Shown: piece after piece, positions 42,759 through 52,632 of the stretch
Numbering within the stretch: position 1 is the first letter of the stretch
Layout: every line of letters begins with the position of its first letter
NCBI GenBank assembly: GCA_902792865.1
Contig: CADBBJ010000019.1
Coordinates: forward strand, 2,012-66,011
From: Candidatus Ruminimicrobiellum tauri
GTDB taxonomy: Bacteria; Elusimicrobiota; Endomicrobiia; Endomicrobiales; Endomicrobiaceae
Direction: 5' to 3'
DNA length: 64,000 nucleotides
Notes under the pieces: generated by a model
What the model was told of the DNA's origin: nothing
Seen by the model: only the letters and a program-made list of their open reading frames with translations
The model's database searches: none
Translations under genes and position numbers: made by a program

Positions 42759-44933
42759 ATGAAAAAAATAGTGGCTTTCATTGTTGTTTTATTATTTTCT
42801 TTTGGTAGTATAACATTTGCAAATTATAACGGATATAGGGCATATTTAAAAGGATTAAATGCTTCAAAAAAAGGTAAGATAGATACTGCAATTTCTGAAT
42901 TTGAAAGAACTTTAGCTTATGATGCCGAAGCTACTACCGTTTATAAAGATTTGGCAATTCTTTATTTACAAAAAGGTAATACGGAAAAAGCTTTAGATTC
43001 GGCGAAAAAACTTCAGGAATTAGAAAAGGATAATTTAAAAACTCAGTTGTTTTTGGCATCTTTTTATCAATCCTTAAATGATTGGGCTTCGGCAAAACAG
43101 TGTTGGAAAAAAGCATTGGAACTGGATCCGAAAAATGAAGTTGCTACTGTATACTTGGCATCATATTACTATACGGATAATAAACTTAAAGAGTCTATTG
43201 ATTATTGGACAAAATTTTTAGAGCAACGACCTGAATCGTCAGAAGGATTTTTTCAGCTTGCCTTGGCTCAGGAAAAACTCGGACTGCTTGACGAAGCTTT
43301 AAAATCTTATAAAAAAGTAAGCGAACTGAAACCTGACTCCAGAGAGAGCTTTTTGGCAAAGGCACGAATTTATGAAAATAAAAAAGAATTTAAACTTGCC
43401 ATAAAAGAATATGAAGAGTATGCAAAGCTGTTTCCTGCCAAACCTGAAATATTGTTGTATTTGGGGAAATGTTATTTTGAAGAAAAAAAATATGAAAAAG
43501 CAGAGGAAACTATTTTAAAAGCAAAAGAAAGTTCCCCGGATAATGTAATGATAAATTACTTATTAGGATTAGTATATGAAAAACAGGGAAAAACGGATGA
43601 AGCCATAGATATTTTTGAATATGTAGTGAAGTTAGAGCCTACAGCTTCAAACTATGCCAGATTGGGTTATTATTATGCATTAAAACAAAAATATAAAGAA
43701 GCTGAACAGCTGTTTAATAAGGCTTTAAAGTTAGAACCCGCAAATGCGGAAATATTATATTTGTCGGGATTGAATTATGTTGACTATAAAAAATATGATA
43801 AAGCAAAAAAAGTATTAGAAAAAAGTTTGTATTTCAAACCTAATTTCGTAGATGCAAAATTTTATTTGGCACTTTGTGTTGATAAATTAGGTTCTTTTGA
43901 ACAAGCGGAAAAACTTTTAAAAGAAATTCTGGAAGTTGCTCCAAACGATGTAAAAACATTGAATTATTTAGCATATTCTTATGCGGACAGAAATATAAAT
44001 TTGGATGAAGCGGAAAAAATGCTTGGTAAAGTTATAGAACTTCAACCGAGAGTTTCTGCATATATTGATTCTTTGGGATGGTTGTATTACAGAAAACAAA
44101 ATTACGAATTGGCAGAAAAATATACTTTTGCGGCAATAACTAATATCCCCAGAGTTTTTGATAAAGATGTGTATGAGCATTTGGGAGATATAAGTATTGA
44201 ACTAAAAAAATATCCTCAGGCTTATTTAGCTTATGCCATATCCAATGATATTGGTTCAATAACCGCAAAAAATAAAATGAAAACATTAGAAAATAAAATT
44301 GAACAAAAAGAAAAATTTAAAATTTATGCCGAAAGAGCAGTATTAAATTTCCAAAGGATAGCTTCTTTAAAAGCCGGATATAAATTGAAAATAAAAAGTA
44401 ATGCTACAAATATAAATTCTTATGTATCCGTTTTATTTGCAAGAGGGGTAGGTTTACAAATTGATTTTGCTCCGCAACTGTCTTTTAAAGGCGGAACGGT
44501 AACAATAAAAGACAATGATATCAGCTTTGAACCTCAAGCATTGAAAGAAAATTTGGCAGGAGAGTTTTCGTCAATTTTTGATTTTGCAAAACAAATACTG
44601 TCAAAAGATTTTTTAAATATGCTTCTAAATTCCAATATATCTCAAAAAGGGAATACGGTAACTTATGAAAATGAAAATTATATTGTAAAAATAAATATAA
44701 AAAAAGGTTTTTTCAGTGAATTCTCAAAGAAGAATCTTTTTACGATAAAAATAAATTCGTATAAAGATTTTAATACCATTTCCAAAATTCCGTCAAAATT
44801 TTTAGTTACCGTAAAAAATTACAATTTTAAATGTGAAGCAAATTTAAATAATTCACAAATAATAACAATAACGGATTTTAATAAAATATCAGGGCAAAAA
44901 AAAGATGATAGTAAAAGCTCCGGCAAAAATTAA
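42759..44933 (+). CDS. TPR-repeat protein with a C-terminal LolB/DUF4292-like region
   Basis: The track starts at a GTG at 42747; an in-frame ATG at 42759 gives the signal-like MKKIVAFIVVLLFSFG. There are more than 10 TPR units. The last ~200 aa are beta-rich. It overlaps ispE by 29 nt. Confidence 0.7.
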   Translation: MKKIVAFIVVLLFSFGSITFANYNGYRAYLKGLNASKKGKIDTAISEFERTLAYDAEATTVYKDLAILYLQKGNTEKALDSAKKLQELEKDNLKTQLFLASFYQSLNDWASAKQCWKKALELDPKNEVATVYLASYYYTDNKLKESIDYWTKFLEQRPESSEGFFQLALAQEKLGLLDEALKSYKKVSELKPDSRESFLAKARIYENKKEFKLAIKEYEEYAKLFPAKPEILLYLGKCYFEEKKYEKAEETILKAKESSPDNVMINYLLGLVYEKQGKTDEAIDIFEYVVKLEPTASNYARLGYYYALKQKYKEAEQLFNKALKLEPANAEILYLSGLNYVDYKKYDKAKKVLEKSLYFKPNFVDAKFYLALCVDKLGSFEQAEKLLKEILEVAPNDVKTLNYLAYSYADRNINLDEAEKMLGKVIELQPRVSAYIDSLGWLYYRKQNYELAEKYTFAAITNIPRVFDKDVYEHLGDISIELKKYPQAYLAYAISNDIGSITAKNKMKTLENKIEQKEKFKIYAERAVLNFQRIASLKAGYKLKIKSNATNINSYVSVLFARGVGLQIDFAPQLSFKGGTVTIKDNDISFEPQALKENLAGEFSSIFDFAKQILSKDFLNMLLNSNISQKGNTVTYENENYIVKINIKKGFFSEFSKKNLFTIKINSYKDFNTISKIPSKFLVTVKNYNFKCEANLNNSQIITITDFNKISGQKKDDSKSSGKN

Positions 44934-45762
44934 TTTATATTTAGAAATTTTAAATAAAAGACAAGACGGATACCATAATATAGAATCTGTTATGCATACG
45001 GTATCTTTGTTTGATATTTTGGAATTTGAACCGATGGAAGAAAACAAAATAGAATTGATTTGTTTAGGAAATGCCGATTTGTCAAATGATAAAAATAATC
45101 TTGTTTATAAAGCAGTAATGAAGTTTAGAGAACAATATAATATAAATAAAGGAATAAAAATAAAACTTACAAAAAATATTCCTACCGGTGCAGGTTTAGG
45201 CGGAGGTTCTTCGGATGCTGCAGCAACATTAGTGGCTTTAAATAAAATTTGGAATGTAAATACCGATATAAAACAATTGGAATTATTAGGTGCGAAATTA
45301 GGTGCGGATGTTCCTTTTTTTATAACAGGAGGAACCGCAAAAATTTCTCAAATAGGAAATGTTGTTGAAAAATTAAAATCAAATTTAAATCTTTCTTTTA
45401 TATTGGTTAACCCTAATTTTGGAGTTTCTACCGCTTATGCTTATTCAAAAATAAAATTTCCATTGACAAATGCTCAAAAAATTAATACAATCACAGAAGT
45501 TATAACTAAAGGTAAATTTAATGTAAAAGATGCCGGCGGACTTTTTTTTAACAGGTTTGAGGAAGTTGTTTTTGATGAGTATCCTCAAATAAAGCAAATA
45601 AAAGAAACTCTTGACGGATTGGGATGTGTCAGTTTGATGTCGGGTTCCGGAGCTACGGTGTTCGGATTAGTTAAAGATGTTAATAAAGTAAGTTATATAT
45701 TAGATGAATTAAAAAAGTATAATTGGAGTGTTTGGCTTGCAAACTCGGTTGAAAGTTTGTGA
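44905..45762 (+). CDS. ispE: 4-diphosphocytidyl-2-C-methyl-D-erythritol kinase
   Basis: APAKINLYLEILNKRQDGYHNIESV and the GHMP motif PTGAGLGGGSSDAAA. Confidence 0.92.
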   Translation: MIVKAPAKINLYLEILNKRQDGYHNIESVMHTVSLFDILEFEPMEENKIELICLGNADLSNDKNNLVYKAVMKFREQYNINKGIKIKLTKNIPTGAGLGGGSSDAAATLVALNKIWNVNTDIKQLELLGAKLGADVPFFITGGTAKISQIGNVVEKLKSNLNLSFILVNPNFGVSTAYAYSKIKFPLTNAQKINTITEVITKGKFNVKDAGGLFFNRFEEVVFDEYPQIKQIKETLDGLGCVSLMSGSGATVFGLVKDVNKVSYILDELKKYNWSVWLANSVESL

Positions 45763-45794
45763 TAACAGCTAGGCGGAGAGCGGAGGAAGGTATT

Positions 45795-46070
45795 ATGAAT
45801 ATAACAGAAGTTAGGATTTTTCTTAAAGAAGAAGAAAAGTTGAAAGCCTATGCAGCAATTACATTAGACGGTGTTTTTGTAGTTCATAATTTAAGAATAG
45901 TGAAGGGTGAGAAAGGTTTGATGGTTTGTATGCCTTCAAGAAAAAAGAATGACGGAACTTTCAAAGATATCGCACATCCTATAGCAAATGAATTTAGAAG
46001 TGAGCTTGAGAAAGTTGTTTTAGAAGCTTATGAAAAGAAGTTAGCAGAAACTCCTAAAACAGAAGCATAG
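45795..46070 (+). CDS. spoVG: SpoVG family protein
   Basis: MNITEVRIFLKEEEKLKAYAAITLDGVFVVHNLRIVKGEKGLMVCMPSRK. The ATG at 45795 follows ggagg; the track's GTG at 45759 is probably too early. Confidence 0.88.
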   Translation: MNITEVRIFLKEEEKLKAYAAITLDGVFVVHNLRIVKGEKGLMVCMPSRKKNDGTFKDIAHPIANEFRSELEKVVLEAYEKKLAETPKTEA

Positions 46071-46084
46071 TATAAAAAATTGAT

Positions 46085-46155
46085 TCCGAGATAGTGTAAT
46101 GGTAGCACAAGGGAATTTGGATCCCTTCGTCTAGGTTCGAGTCCTGGTCTCGGAG
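46085..46155 (+). tRNA. tRNA-Gln (anticodon TTG), no encoded CCA
   Basis: The acceptor tccgaga pairs with tctcgga (U1:A72). The anticodon stem is aggga/tccct with loop atTTGga. The T arm is ctagg-ttcgagt-cctgg. Confidence 0.85.
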
Positions 46156-46187
46156 TTTCAAATATAAAATAAAGATTTTAGAAATAT

Positions 46188-46226
46188 CACCGACTAAAGA
46201 TAAAAAATTTTTAGTCGGTGTTTTTT
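46188..46226 (+). terminator. rho-independent terminator after tRNA-Gln
   Basis: caccgactaaa (46188-46198) pairs with tttagtcggtg (46210-46220), followed by tttttt. Confidence 0.75.
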
Positions 46227-46681
46227 ATTTAACATTTTACCGTAATTATTATAATTGATTTTGTAATTTTGCGATTGAACCGTGACAAAATTAACAGACT
46301 AAGAGATTTAATAGTATCAATATTATGGTATATTTATAAAACTAACCAAACAGGATAAATGTTTATCTCTTTTGTGTATGTTTTCGGTAATAAATCTAAA
46401 ATTATAGTTATTTAATATTTAATAGACGAAATAAAACTTTAGTAAAATATAACCGTAAGAATAAACTACATATAAAAACAAAATTAACCTGACAATAAAG
46501 ACAGGATATAAATTAAACAGTATCTATAAGCAAAAAATGCAAATTTCCGAAGTTTGCCTGTTAGCAAGCCCCAAATTGATTATTTTTTTAAGAAACAGAG
46601 TAGAAAGGACTATGTTTTATTAAATAAAACTTGATATAATATAAGGATAATAAAAAATTATTTTATAAGGAAGATAGAAAA

Positions 46682-47971
46682 ATGTTTTGGCAAAAAGAAA
46701 TTGAAACACAGAATAAAGAAAACTTGAGAAAGTTTCAGCTTGAGTGTATAAACAAACAAATTGCTTTGGCAAGAAATTCTCAGTTCTATAAAGATAAACT
46801 TGCTAATATAGACAAATTAAATTCTTTAGAGGAAGTAAGAAAACTTCCGTTTACAACAAAACAGGATTTAAGAGATTCGTTTCCGTACGGATGTTTAGCA
46901 ACGGATTTAAAAAATGTTGTAAGAATGCATTCTTCGTCAGGAACGACAGGAAATCCGACGGTTATATTTCATACTAAAGACGATATTGCTAATTGGGCAA
47001 ATATATCCGCAAGAAGTATGTATATGGCCGGAGCAAGAAATACCGATATATTTCAAAATACAATGGGATACGGATTGTTTTCCGGAGGACTCGGGTTTCA
47101 TTACGGAGGGGAAAGATTAGGAATGCTGACTATTCCTATAGGACCGGGAAACAGTAAACGGCAACTTTGGTTTATGCAACATTTCAAAACAACGGTTGTT
47201 CATATTTTGCCAAGTTATGCTTTGAGATTATCCGGCACCATAAAAGAGTTGGGAATAGATGTAAAAAAAGATTTAAATCTAAAAATATTTTTTATCGGAG
47301 CAGAACCTCACAGTGAAGCAATGAGAAAAAAAATAGAAGAATTGTATGATGTAAAAGCATTTAACTCTTACGGACTTTCCGAAATTTCCGGACCGGGAAT
47401 AGCTTTTGAATGTCCTTATCAGGACGGTTTACATATTTGGGAAGATTATGTATATCCTGAAATTGTTGACCCTAAAACATTTGAACCTTTATCTGACGGA
47501 CAAGAAGGCGAACTTGTATTAACTACATTACAAAGGCAGGCTATGCCTCTTATGAGATACAGGACAAAAGATTTAACAAAAATTATTTCAGAACCTTGCA
47601 AATGCGGAAGAACACATAGAAGAATAGCAAGAATTACCGCAAGAACCGATGATATGATGATTATTAACGGAGTAAATATATTCCCTATACAAATAGAAAA
47701 AACAATATTGTCTGTTCCTGAAGCCGGTAAGAATTATATCATAGAGTTGTTTGACAACAATTGTATGGATAAGTTAAGAGTGAAAATAGAGATAAATAAT
47801 GAAACTTTTAAAGGAACATTAAAAGATTTGGAAATATTACAAAATAAATTGGTTAACGAACTAAAACAAGAATTGGATGTTACCCCCGTTGTTCAATTTG
47901 TTGAATCGGGGAGTTTACCTGTTACGGAAGGTAAAGCAAAAAGAGTAATTGATTTGAGAACAAAAAAATAA
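46682..47971 (+). CDS. paaK: phenylacetate--CoA ligase family adenylate-forming enzyme
   Basis: PFTTKQDLRD, the HSSSGTTGNPTV AMP-binding motif, and the PaaK-like length of 429 aa. Confidence 0.8.
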   Translation: MFWQKEIETQNKENLRKFQLECINKQIALARNSQFYKDKLANIDKLNSLEEVRKLPFTTKQDLRDSFPYGCLATDLKNVVRMHSSSGTTGNPTVIFHTKDDIANWANISARSMYMAGARNTDIFQNTMGYGLFSGGLGFHYGGERLGMLTIPIGPGNSKRQLWFMQHFKTTVVHILPSYALRLSGTIKELGIDVKKDLNLKIFFIGAEPHSEAMRKKIEELYDVKAFNSYGLSEISGPGIAFECPYQDGLHIWEDYVYPEIVDPKTFEPLSDGQEGELVLTTLQRQAMPLMRYRTKDLTKIISEPCKCGRTHRRIARITARTDDMMIINGVNIFPIQIEKTILSVPEAGKNYIIELFDNNCMDKLRVKIEINNETFKGTLKDLEILQNKLVNELKQELDVTPVVQFVESGSLPVTEGKAKRVIDLRTKK

Positions 47972-47988
47972 TTAAAGGAGAATAATCT

Positions 47989-48417
47989 ATGGCATATCAT
48001 ATATCAGTGTTTTTGGAAAATAATCCGGGAAAATTAGAAAAGATAACAACTGTTTTGGCAGTAAATAATATAAATTTAAGAGCTATGTCTCTTGCAAGTT
48101 CCGAAACTTTTGGAGTAATGAAACTTTTGGTTGATAATCCGGAAAAAGCTTATGAAGTTTTGAAGAAAAATAATATAGCTGTTTCTAAAAGGCAAATTAT
48201 TGCTGTTGTAGTAGATAATGTTTGCGGAAGTTTTAATAAATTATTAATAACTTTAGCTTCTAATAAAATAAATATTGAAGATTGCTACGGTTTTTTATTA
48301 AGTGACGGAAAAACAGCAGCAATTGTTTTGGAAACAGAAGATTATCCCAATACGGAAAAATTTTTATCCGATAAAGGTTTTGAAGTTTTAAACTCTGAAA
48401 AAATTTATAACTACTAA
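47989..48417 (+). CDS. ACT domain protein
   Basis: HISVFLENNPGKLEKITTVLAVNNINLRAMSLA plus a second ACT-like half. It is a common neighbour of paaK-like genes. Confidence 0.7.
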   Translation: MAYHISVFLENNPGKLEKITTVLAVNNINLRAMSLASSETFGVMKLLVDNPEKAYEVLKKNNIAVSKRQIIAVVVDNVCGSFNKLLITLASNKINIEDCYGFLLSDGKTAAIVLETEDYPNTEKFLSDKGFEVLNSEKIYNY

Positions 48418-48448
48418 ATCAATTAAATCAATAGCTTTACTTTATTGT

Positions 48449-50233
48449 ATGATTAAATTTTTAAAAAGTAATTTGTTTTTTTTAAGCATTCTTGTTGTTA
48501 TTGTTTTTTTTGTTTATGGAAAATCCGTTAACTTTGGCTTAACGAAAATAGATGATGATGTTTTAACAATTAAAAATATTAACTACATATCCGATTATAA
48601 AAATATTCCAAAGTTTTTTTTAACTGATTGTTATTTTGGAAAACAAACACAGTATTACAGACCTGTTTTAAATATTTCTTTTGCCGTTGAAGCTATTATT
48701 TTTAAAGACAATTGTAAAGTTTTTCATACAACTAATATTTTATTATTTATTTTTTCCTTATATCTTATTTTCCTTTTTCTGTCAAAACTTAATTTTGATA
48801 ATACCGTTTTAAAATTTTTAATTCTGTTGTTTGCCGTTCACCCTGTTTGCTCTTCTGTTCCTGTTTGGATTCCTTCAAGAAACGATACTTTACTAACTAT
48901 ATTTTTTATGTTATCTTTAATTAATTTTATAAATTATTTAAAAACCGATAAAAATATATTTTTGTTTAGTCATTTAATATTTTTTGCAATATCATTATTT
49001 ACTAAAGAAACCGCTGTTTTATTACTGCTTATTTATCCGCTAATAATTTATAGCTTTAATTTAAAAATATCTAAAAAACAAATATTCAATAATGTTATCT
49101 GTGTTTTACCTTTACTTATTACTTATTTTATATTAAGACATTTTTCTGTCAGATCCGTAAATATATCTGTTTATTTTACCAACTTTGTTTACTATATAAA
49201 AAATATTGTTATTGGAATTATGCTGTATATTGAAAAGATTTTCTATCCTTCATATATGCCGATAATGTTGTACAATATAAAACCTACCATACAAACCTAT
49301 ATCATTAACATTATTGTGTTTATATCTTTAATATATGTTTACCATAAAAAATTTATCAATGGAAAAATTATTATTTTTTCGCTGATATTTTCTTTCTTAG
49401 CAATATTTCCTACTTTTTTACAGGAAGAATATGCTTTTCTTACTCATAGATTAATAATTAGTTTATCCGGAATAATTATACTTTTATCAACCATATTAAA
49501 AAAAATATTTTTAATTTTTCCCAAAACAAAAAACTGTTTAATGGTTATATTTGTTTTCTTGGTTATACTTTTTTCATTTTGTTCTTTTATGCAAAGTGAC
49601 AAATATAAAGATTCTTTTACTTATTGGACTAATGCTTATATAGATGCTTCCACATATCATATAGTTTGTAACGGTTTGGCAAAAGAATATTATCATAAAA
49701 ATCTTTTTGATAAAGCTGTTGAATTATCTTTAAAATCTATAGAGATAAATAAAAAAATTGACTATTATTTAACTTATGCAACAATATTACTTAAGAAAGG
49801 TGATATAGTTTTGTCTAAACAAATATTTGAACAAATACTAGAATTGGACAAAGATAATATTTTAGCTTATATACATCTTGGTGAAATTTATCTGATTAAA
49901 AATGATTATGACAATGCAATAAAATATTCAAAAATTGCACTTGAAAAAGCAAAAGTAAAAAGTATAGATAAAGAAATAACAGCATTAGAAAACCTTTCAA
50001 GAACTTATGCCGTTTGCCAAAAATATAAAGAATCAATAAATATTCTGCTACAAATACTAAAGTATAACACAAACAAATCAAATATATATTATTTGTTAAG
50101 TATGCTTTATGAAGATGTAAATGATTTGCAAAATGCCATAAAGTATATTGAAGAAGCTTTAAAAATAGAACCTGACAAAAAAGAATATAAAGAAAGATTA
50201 GAAATACTGCAAAAAAAGTTTAATAAAGCATAG
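48449..50233 (+). CDS. polytopic membrane protein with C-terminal TPR repeats (PMT_2/TMTC-like glycosyltransferase architecture)
   Basis: About 10 hydrophobic segments, a YYRPVLNISFAVE motif, and C-terminal TPR units (AYIHLGEIYLIKNDYDNAIKY...). Confidence 0.6.
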   Translation: MIKFLKSNLFFLSILVVIVFFVYGKSVNFGLTKIDDDVLTIKNINYISDYKNIPKFFLTDCYFGKQTQYYRPVLNISFAVEAIIFKDNCKVFHTTNILLFIFSLYLIFLFLSKLNFDNTVLKFLILLFAVHPVCSSVPVWIPSRNDTLLTIFFMLSLINFINYLKTDKNIFLFSHLIFFAISLFTKETAVLLLLIYPLIIYSFNLKISKKQIFNNVICVLPLLITYFILRHFSVRSVNISVYFTNFVYYIKNIVIGIMLYIEKIFYPSYMPIMLYNIKPTIQTYIINIIVFISLIYVYHKKFINGKIIIFSLIFSFLAIFPTFLQEEYAFLTHRLIISLSGIIILLSTILKKIFLIFPKTKNCLMVIFVFLVILFSFCSFMQSDKYKDSFTYWTNAYIDASTYHIVCNGLAKEYYHKNLFDKAVELSLKSIEINKKIDYYLTYATILLKKGDIVLSKQIFEQILELDKDNILAYIHLGEIYLIKNDYDNAIKYSKIALEKAKVKSIDKEITALENLSRTYAVCQKYKESINILLQILKYNTNKSNIYYLLSMLYEDVNDLQNAIKYIEEALKIEPDKKEYKERLEILQKKFNKA

Positions 50234-50669
50234 ATAACATATATTCTTCATATTCGGCATAATCGTCAATATCTTCATCATAAGATTCATAATACTCTAT
50301 TGCATGTTCATAGGTTTGAAAGGTTTGTTTGTTAATTGATATTTTATTTGTGTCAATAAATATAACGGACGATGCAAATACAAACAAAAATCCCGCTGCT
50401 ATAATAATTTTTTTCTTCATAGAACCAAAGGATATAATGTTATTGCTAAATTTTTCTTTTTTTATTTTACACATAAGCGAAGATGTAAAATCCAAACCGA
50501 CTTCTTTCCTGTTAAAAGATAAAACAGCTTTTATGTTTTTTAGTGCAATATAATCTTGTTTGCATTTGTTACAAACATCAAAATGTTTTTCTAATTCCAT
50601 AACTTCTTGAGAAGATAATTCATTATCTAAATATAGTGAAATTAATTCTTGTATTTTATTGCAATCCAT
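50220..50669 (-). CDS. anti-sigma factor (zf-HC2 type) with one TM segment
   Basis: N-terminal CNKIQELISLYLDNELS...HFDVCNKCKQDY and TM IIIAAGFLFVFASSVIF. Its start overlaps the sigma-factor stop (TAATG). Confidence 0.75.
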   Translation of the reverse strand: MDCNKIQELISLYLDNELSSQEVMELEKHFDVCNKCKQDYIALKNIKAVLSFNRKEVGLDFTSSLMCKIKKEKFSNNIISFGSMKKKIIIAAGFLFVFASSVIFIDTNKISINKQTFQTYEHAIEYYESYDEDIDDYAEYEEYMLSMLY

Positions 50670-51241
50670 TATAAATTATCTCCTTTTATTAATATTTCTT
50701 TTAATCTGTTTCTTGCTCTAAAAATTAAAATCTTGATATTTCCTGTTGAAACATTCATTATTTGTGCAATCTCTTCATAAGAAAAATCTTCAATATCCCT
50801 AAGAGTTAAAACCGTTTTATATTTATCGTTTAACTGTTTAATAGCTGTTTGTACTATTTGCTGAGTTTCTTGTTGTATTAACTGTTTTTCTATATTATCT
50901 TTAGATTTTAACAAATTTATTAAATTGTTTTTGCTTTCATCAGCATTTTCACTGTTTACATTTAGCGGAATAATATATTGTTTATTTTTTTTAGATATTG
51001 TTATGGATTCGTTTATAACTATTCTATACATCCATGTAGAAAATTCCGATTCAAATTTAAACTTTGGTAATGCTTTAAAGATTTTAATAAAAACATTTTG
51101 AGCAATATCTTCGCTGTCACCGGTTTGTCCGCAAAAAGAATATATTATACTAAAGACCTTGTTTTTATATTTGTCTACTATATAACTGTATAAATCTTGT
51201 TGCCCTTCAAGAATTTTCTCAATAATCTCTTTATCTTGCAT
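50669..51241 (-). CDS. ECF-type RNA polymerase sigma factor
   Basis: Region 2 (EDIAQNVFIKIFKAL...FSTWMYRIVINE) and region 4 (VLTLRDIEDFSYEEIAQIMNVSTGNIKILIFRARNRL). Confidence 0.85.
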   Translation of the reverse strand: MQDKEIIEKILEGQQDLYSYIVDKYKNKVFSIIYSFCGQTGDSEDIAQNVFIKIFKALPKFKFESEFSTWMYRIVINESITISKKNKQYIIPLNVNSENADESKNNLINLLKSKDNIEKQLIQQETQQIVQTAIKQLNDKYKTVLTLRDIEDFSYEEIAQIMNVSTGNIKILIFRARNRLKEILIKGDNL

Positions 51242-51291
51242 CTATGTATTAGACTCCGTATATTTTAAAAAGTTACATCTGCTTTTTTATT

Positions 51292-52620
51292 TTAATTTTT
51301 TTGAACCGGTTGATTTTTTCCCTTTACCGTAGAAGCAGATTTTTTAACTGAAGAAACAGAATTTCTTACCGTAGCGGTAGATGTAGATTTTTTGACCGAG
51401 TTTGTTCTTTTTACGGTTTTAGCTCTTTTTTGTATAGAATCATTTACATCTTGATACTTTAATAATTCTTTTATTTTTTCATCAGGAGTTTGTGTATAAG
51501 AATATTGGTCAGCTTTTGATTTTAATCCGCCTTTAGTATATTTGCAAGAGGCATTCCATAACAACCATGTTTTAACTCCACAATCATAACAAGCTTGTAT
51601 TTGGGCTTGAATTTCTGCCGGTCCGTATTTTACACCTTTTAAAGAAAAATCCTGCAACCATGGTCTGAGTTTTTCTGCAGGTAGTCTTTTTTTTGCCCCT
51701 TGTAATGCAATATAAACCGTTCTGTAAGGTTCTTTGTTCGGATTTCCTATCCCGTACTCTCCGTTATTGTAATGTGAAGGATATATCATAGGGGAAACAT
51801 AATCAACATATTTCGTCATTTCCACGATTTTTTGTCCAATACCCATATCTGATTTTTCTGTGGTTGTTAAGCCAAACACATCTATTGATATTTTTTTTCC
51901 TTTCGGAGATAATCTTTGTTTTGCTTGTTTTAGGAAGTTTGTTATGGCATTAGAAGCTGTTGTTGAAGAATGTTCCACTCCGTATCTGCAATCACTGAGT
52001 TTTCCGTCAGAAGGAAATCTTATATAGTCAAACTGAATTTCATCAAACCCCATATCTGCGGTTTTTTCTGCAAGCTCTAAAATATAATCAATTGCTTCCT
52101 GTTTATAAGGATTTAACCATGTTATTTTATTTCTATCCTGCCAAAGAGAACCGTCAGGATTTTTTACTGCAAGCTCCGGTTTTTTTCTTGGCATAACATT
52201 ATCTCTAAAAACAACGATTCTTGCTATCGTATATATTCCTTTATCTTTAACTTCTTTTAAATATGGTTCAATACTCGGAATATATTTTGAATAAGTGATA
52301 TTTCCTGAAATATTTTTTATGGAAATAGCACCATCAATTTCTTTTATATCTATAACAACCGCATTCATTTCCGTATTGTCCAATAAATCGTTTATTCTTT
52401 TTTTATGAATTTGTGAAGCGGATGCAAAAGTAGTTAAATGCATACCTTTAGCCAGAGAAGCTGATATTTGCTCTTTTTGGTTGAAGTTTTGTTCTTGTAC
52501 TTGTTGCTCTTGTTCTATATCCTGATCAACGAGAATATCCGTTTGTCCTTCTTTGGCAAAACAAAAGTTTGATATTAATAATGTCATACATAAAATTAAA
52601 AATAATAAATTCTTTTTCAT
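51292..52620 (-). CDS. secreted glycoside-hydrolase-like TIM-barrel protein (DUF4015-like)
   Basis: Signal peptide, then MNAVVIDIKEIDG...GFDEIQFDYIRFPSDG. The C-terminal tail is S/T/K-rich. Confidence 0.6.
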   Translation of the reverse strand: MKKNLLFLILCMTLLISNFCFAKEGQTDILVDQDIEQEQQVQEQNFNQKEQISASLAKGMHLTTFASASQIHKKRINDLLDNTEMNAVVIDIKEIDGAISIKNISGNITYSKYIPSIEPYLKEVKDKGIYTIARIVVFRDNVMPRKKPELAVKNPDGSLWQDRNKITWLNPYKQEAIDYILELAEKTADMGFDEIQFDYIRFPSDGKLSDCRYGVEHSSTTASNAITNFLKQAKQRLSPKGKKISIDVFGLTTTEKSDMGIGQKIVEMTKYVDYVSPMIYPSHYNNGEYGIGNPNKEPYRTVYIALQGAKKRLPAEKLRPWLQDFSLKGVKYGPAEIQAQIQACYDCGVKTWLLWNASCKYTKGGLKSKADQYSYTQTPDEKIKELLKYQDVNDSIQKRAKTVKRTNSVKKSTSTATVRNSVSSVKKSASTVKGKNQPVQKN

Positions 52621-52632
52621 TGAATAATCCTT

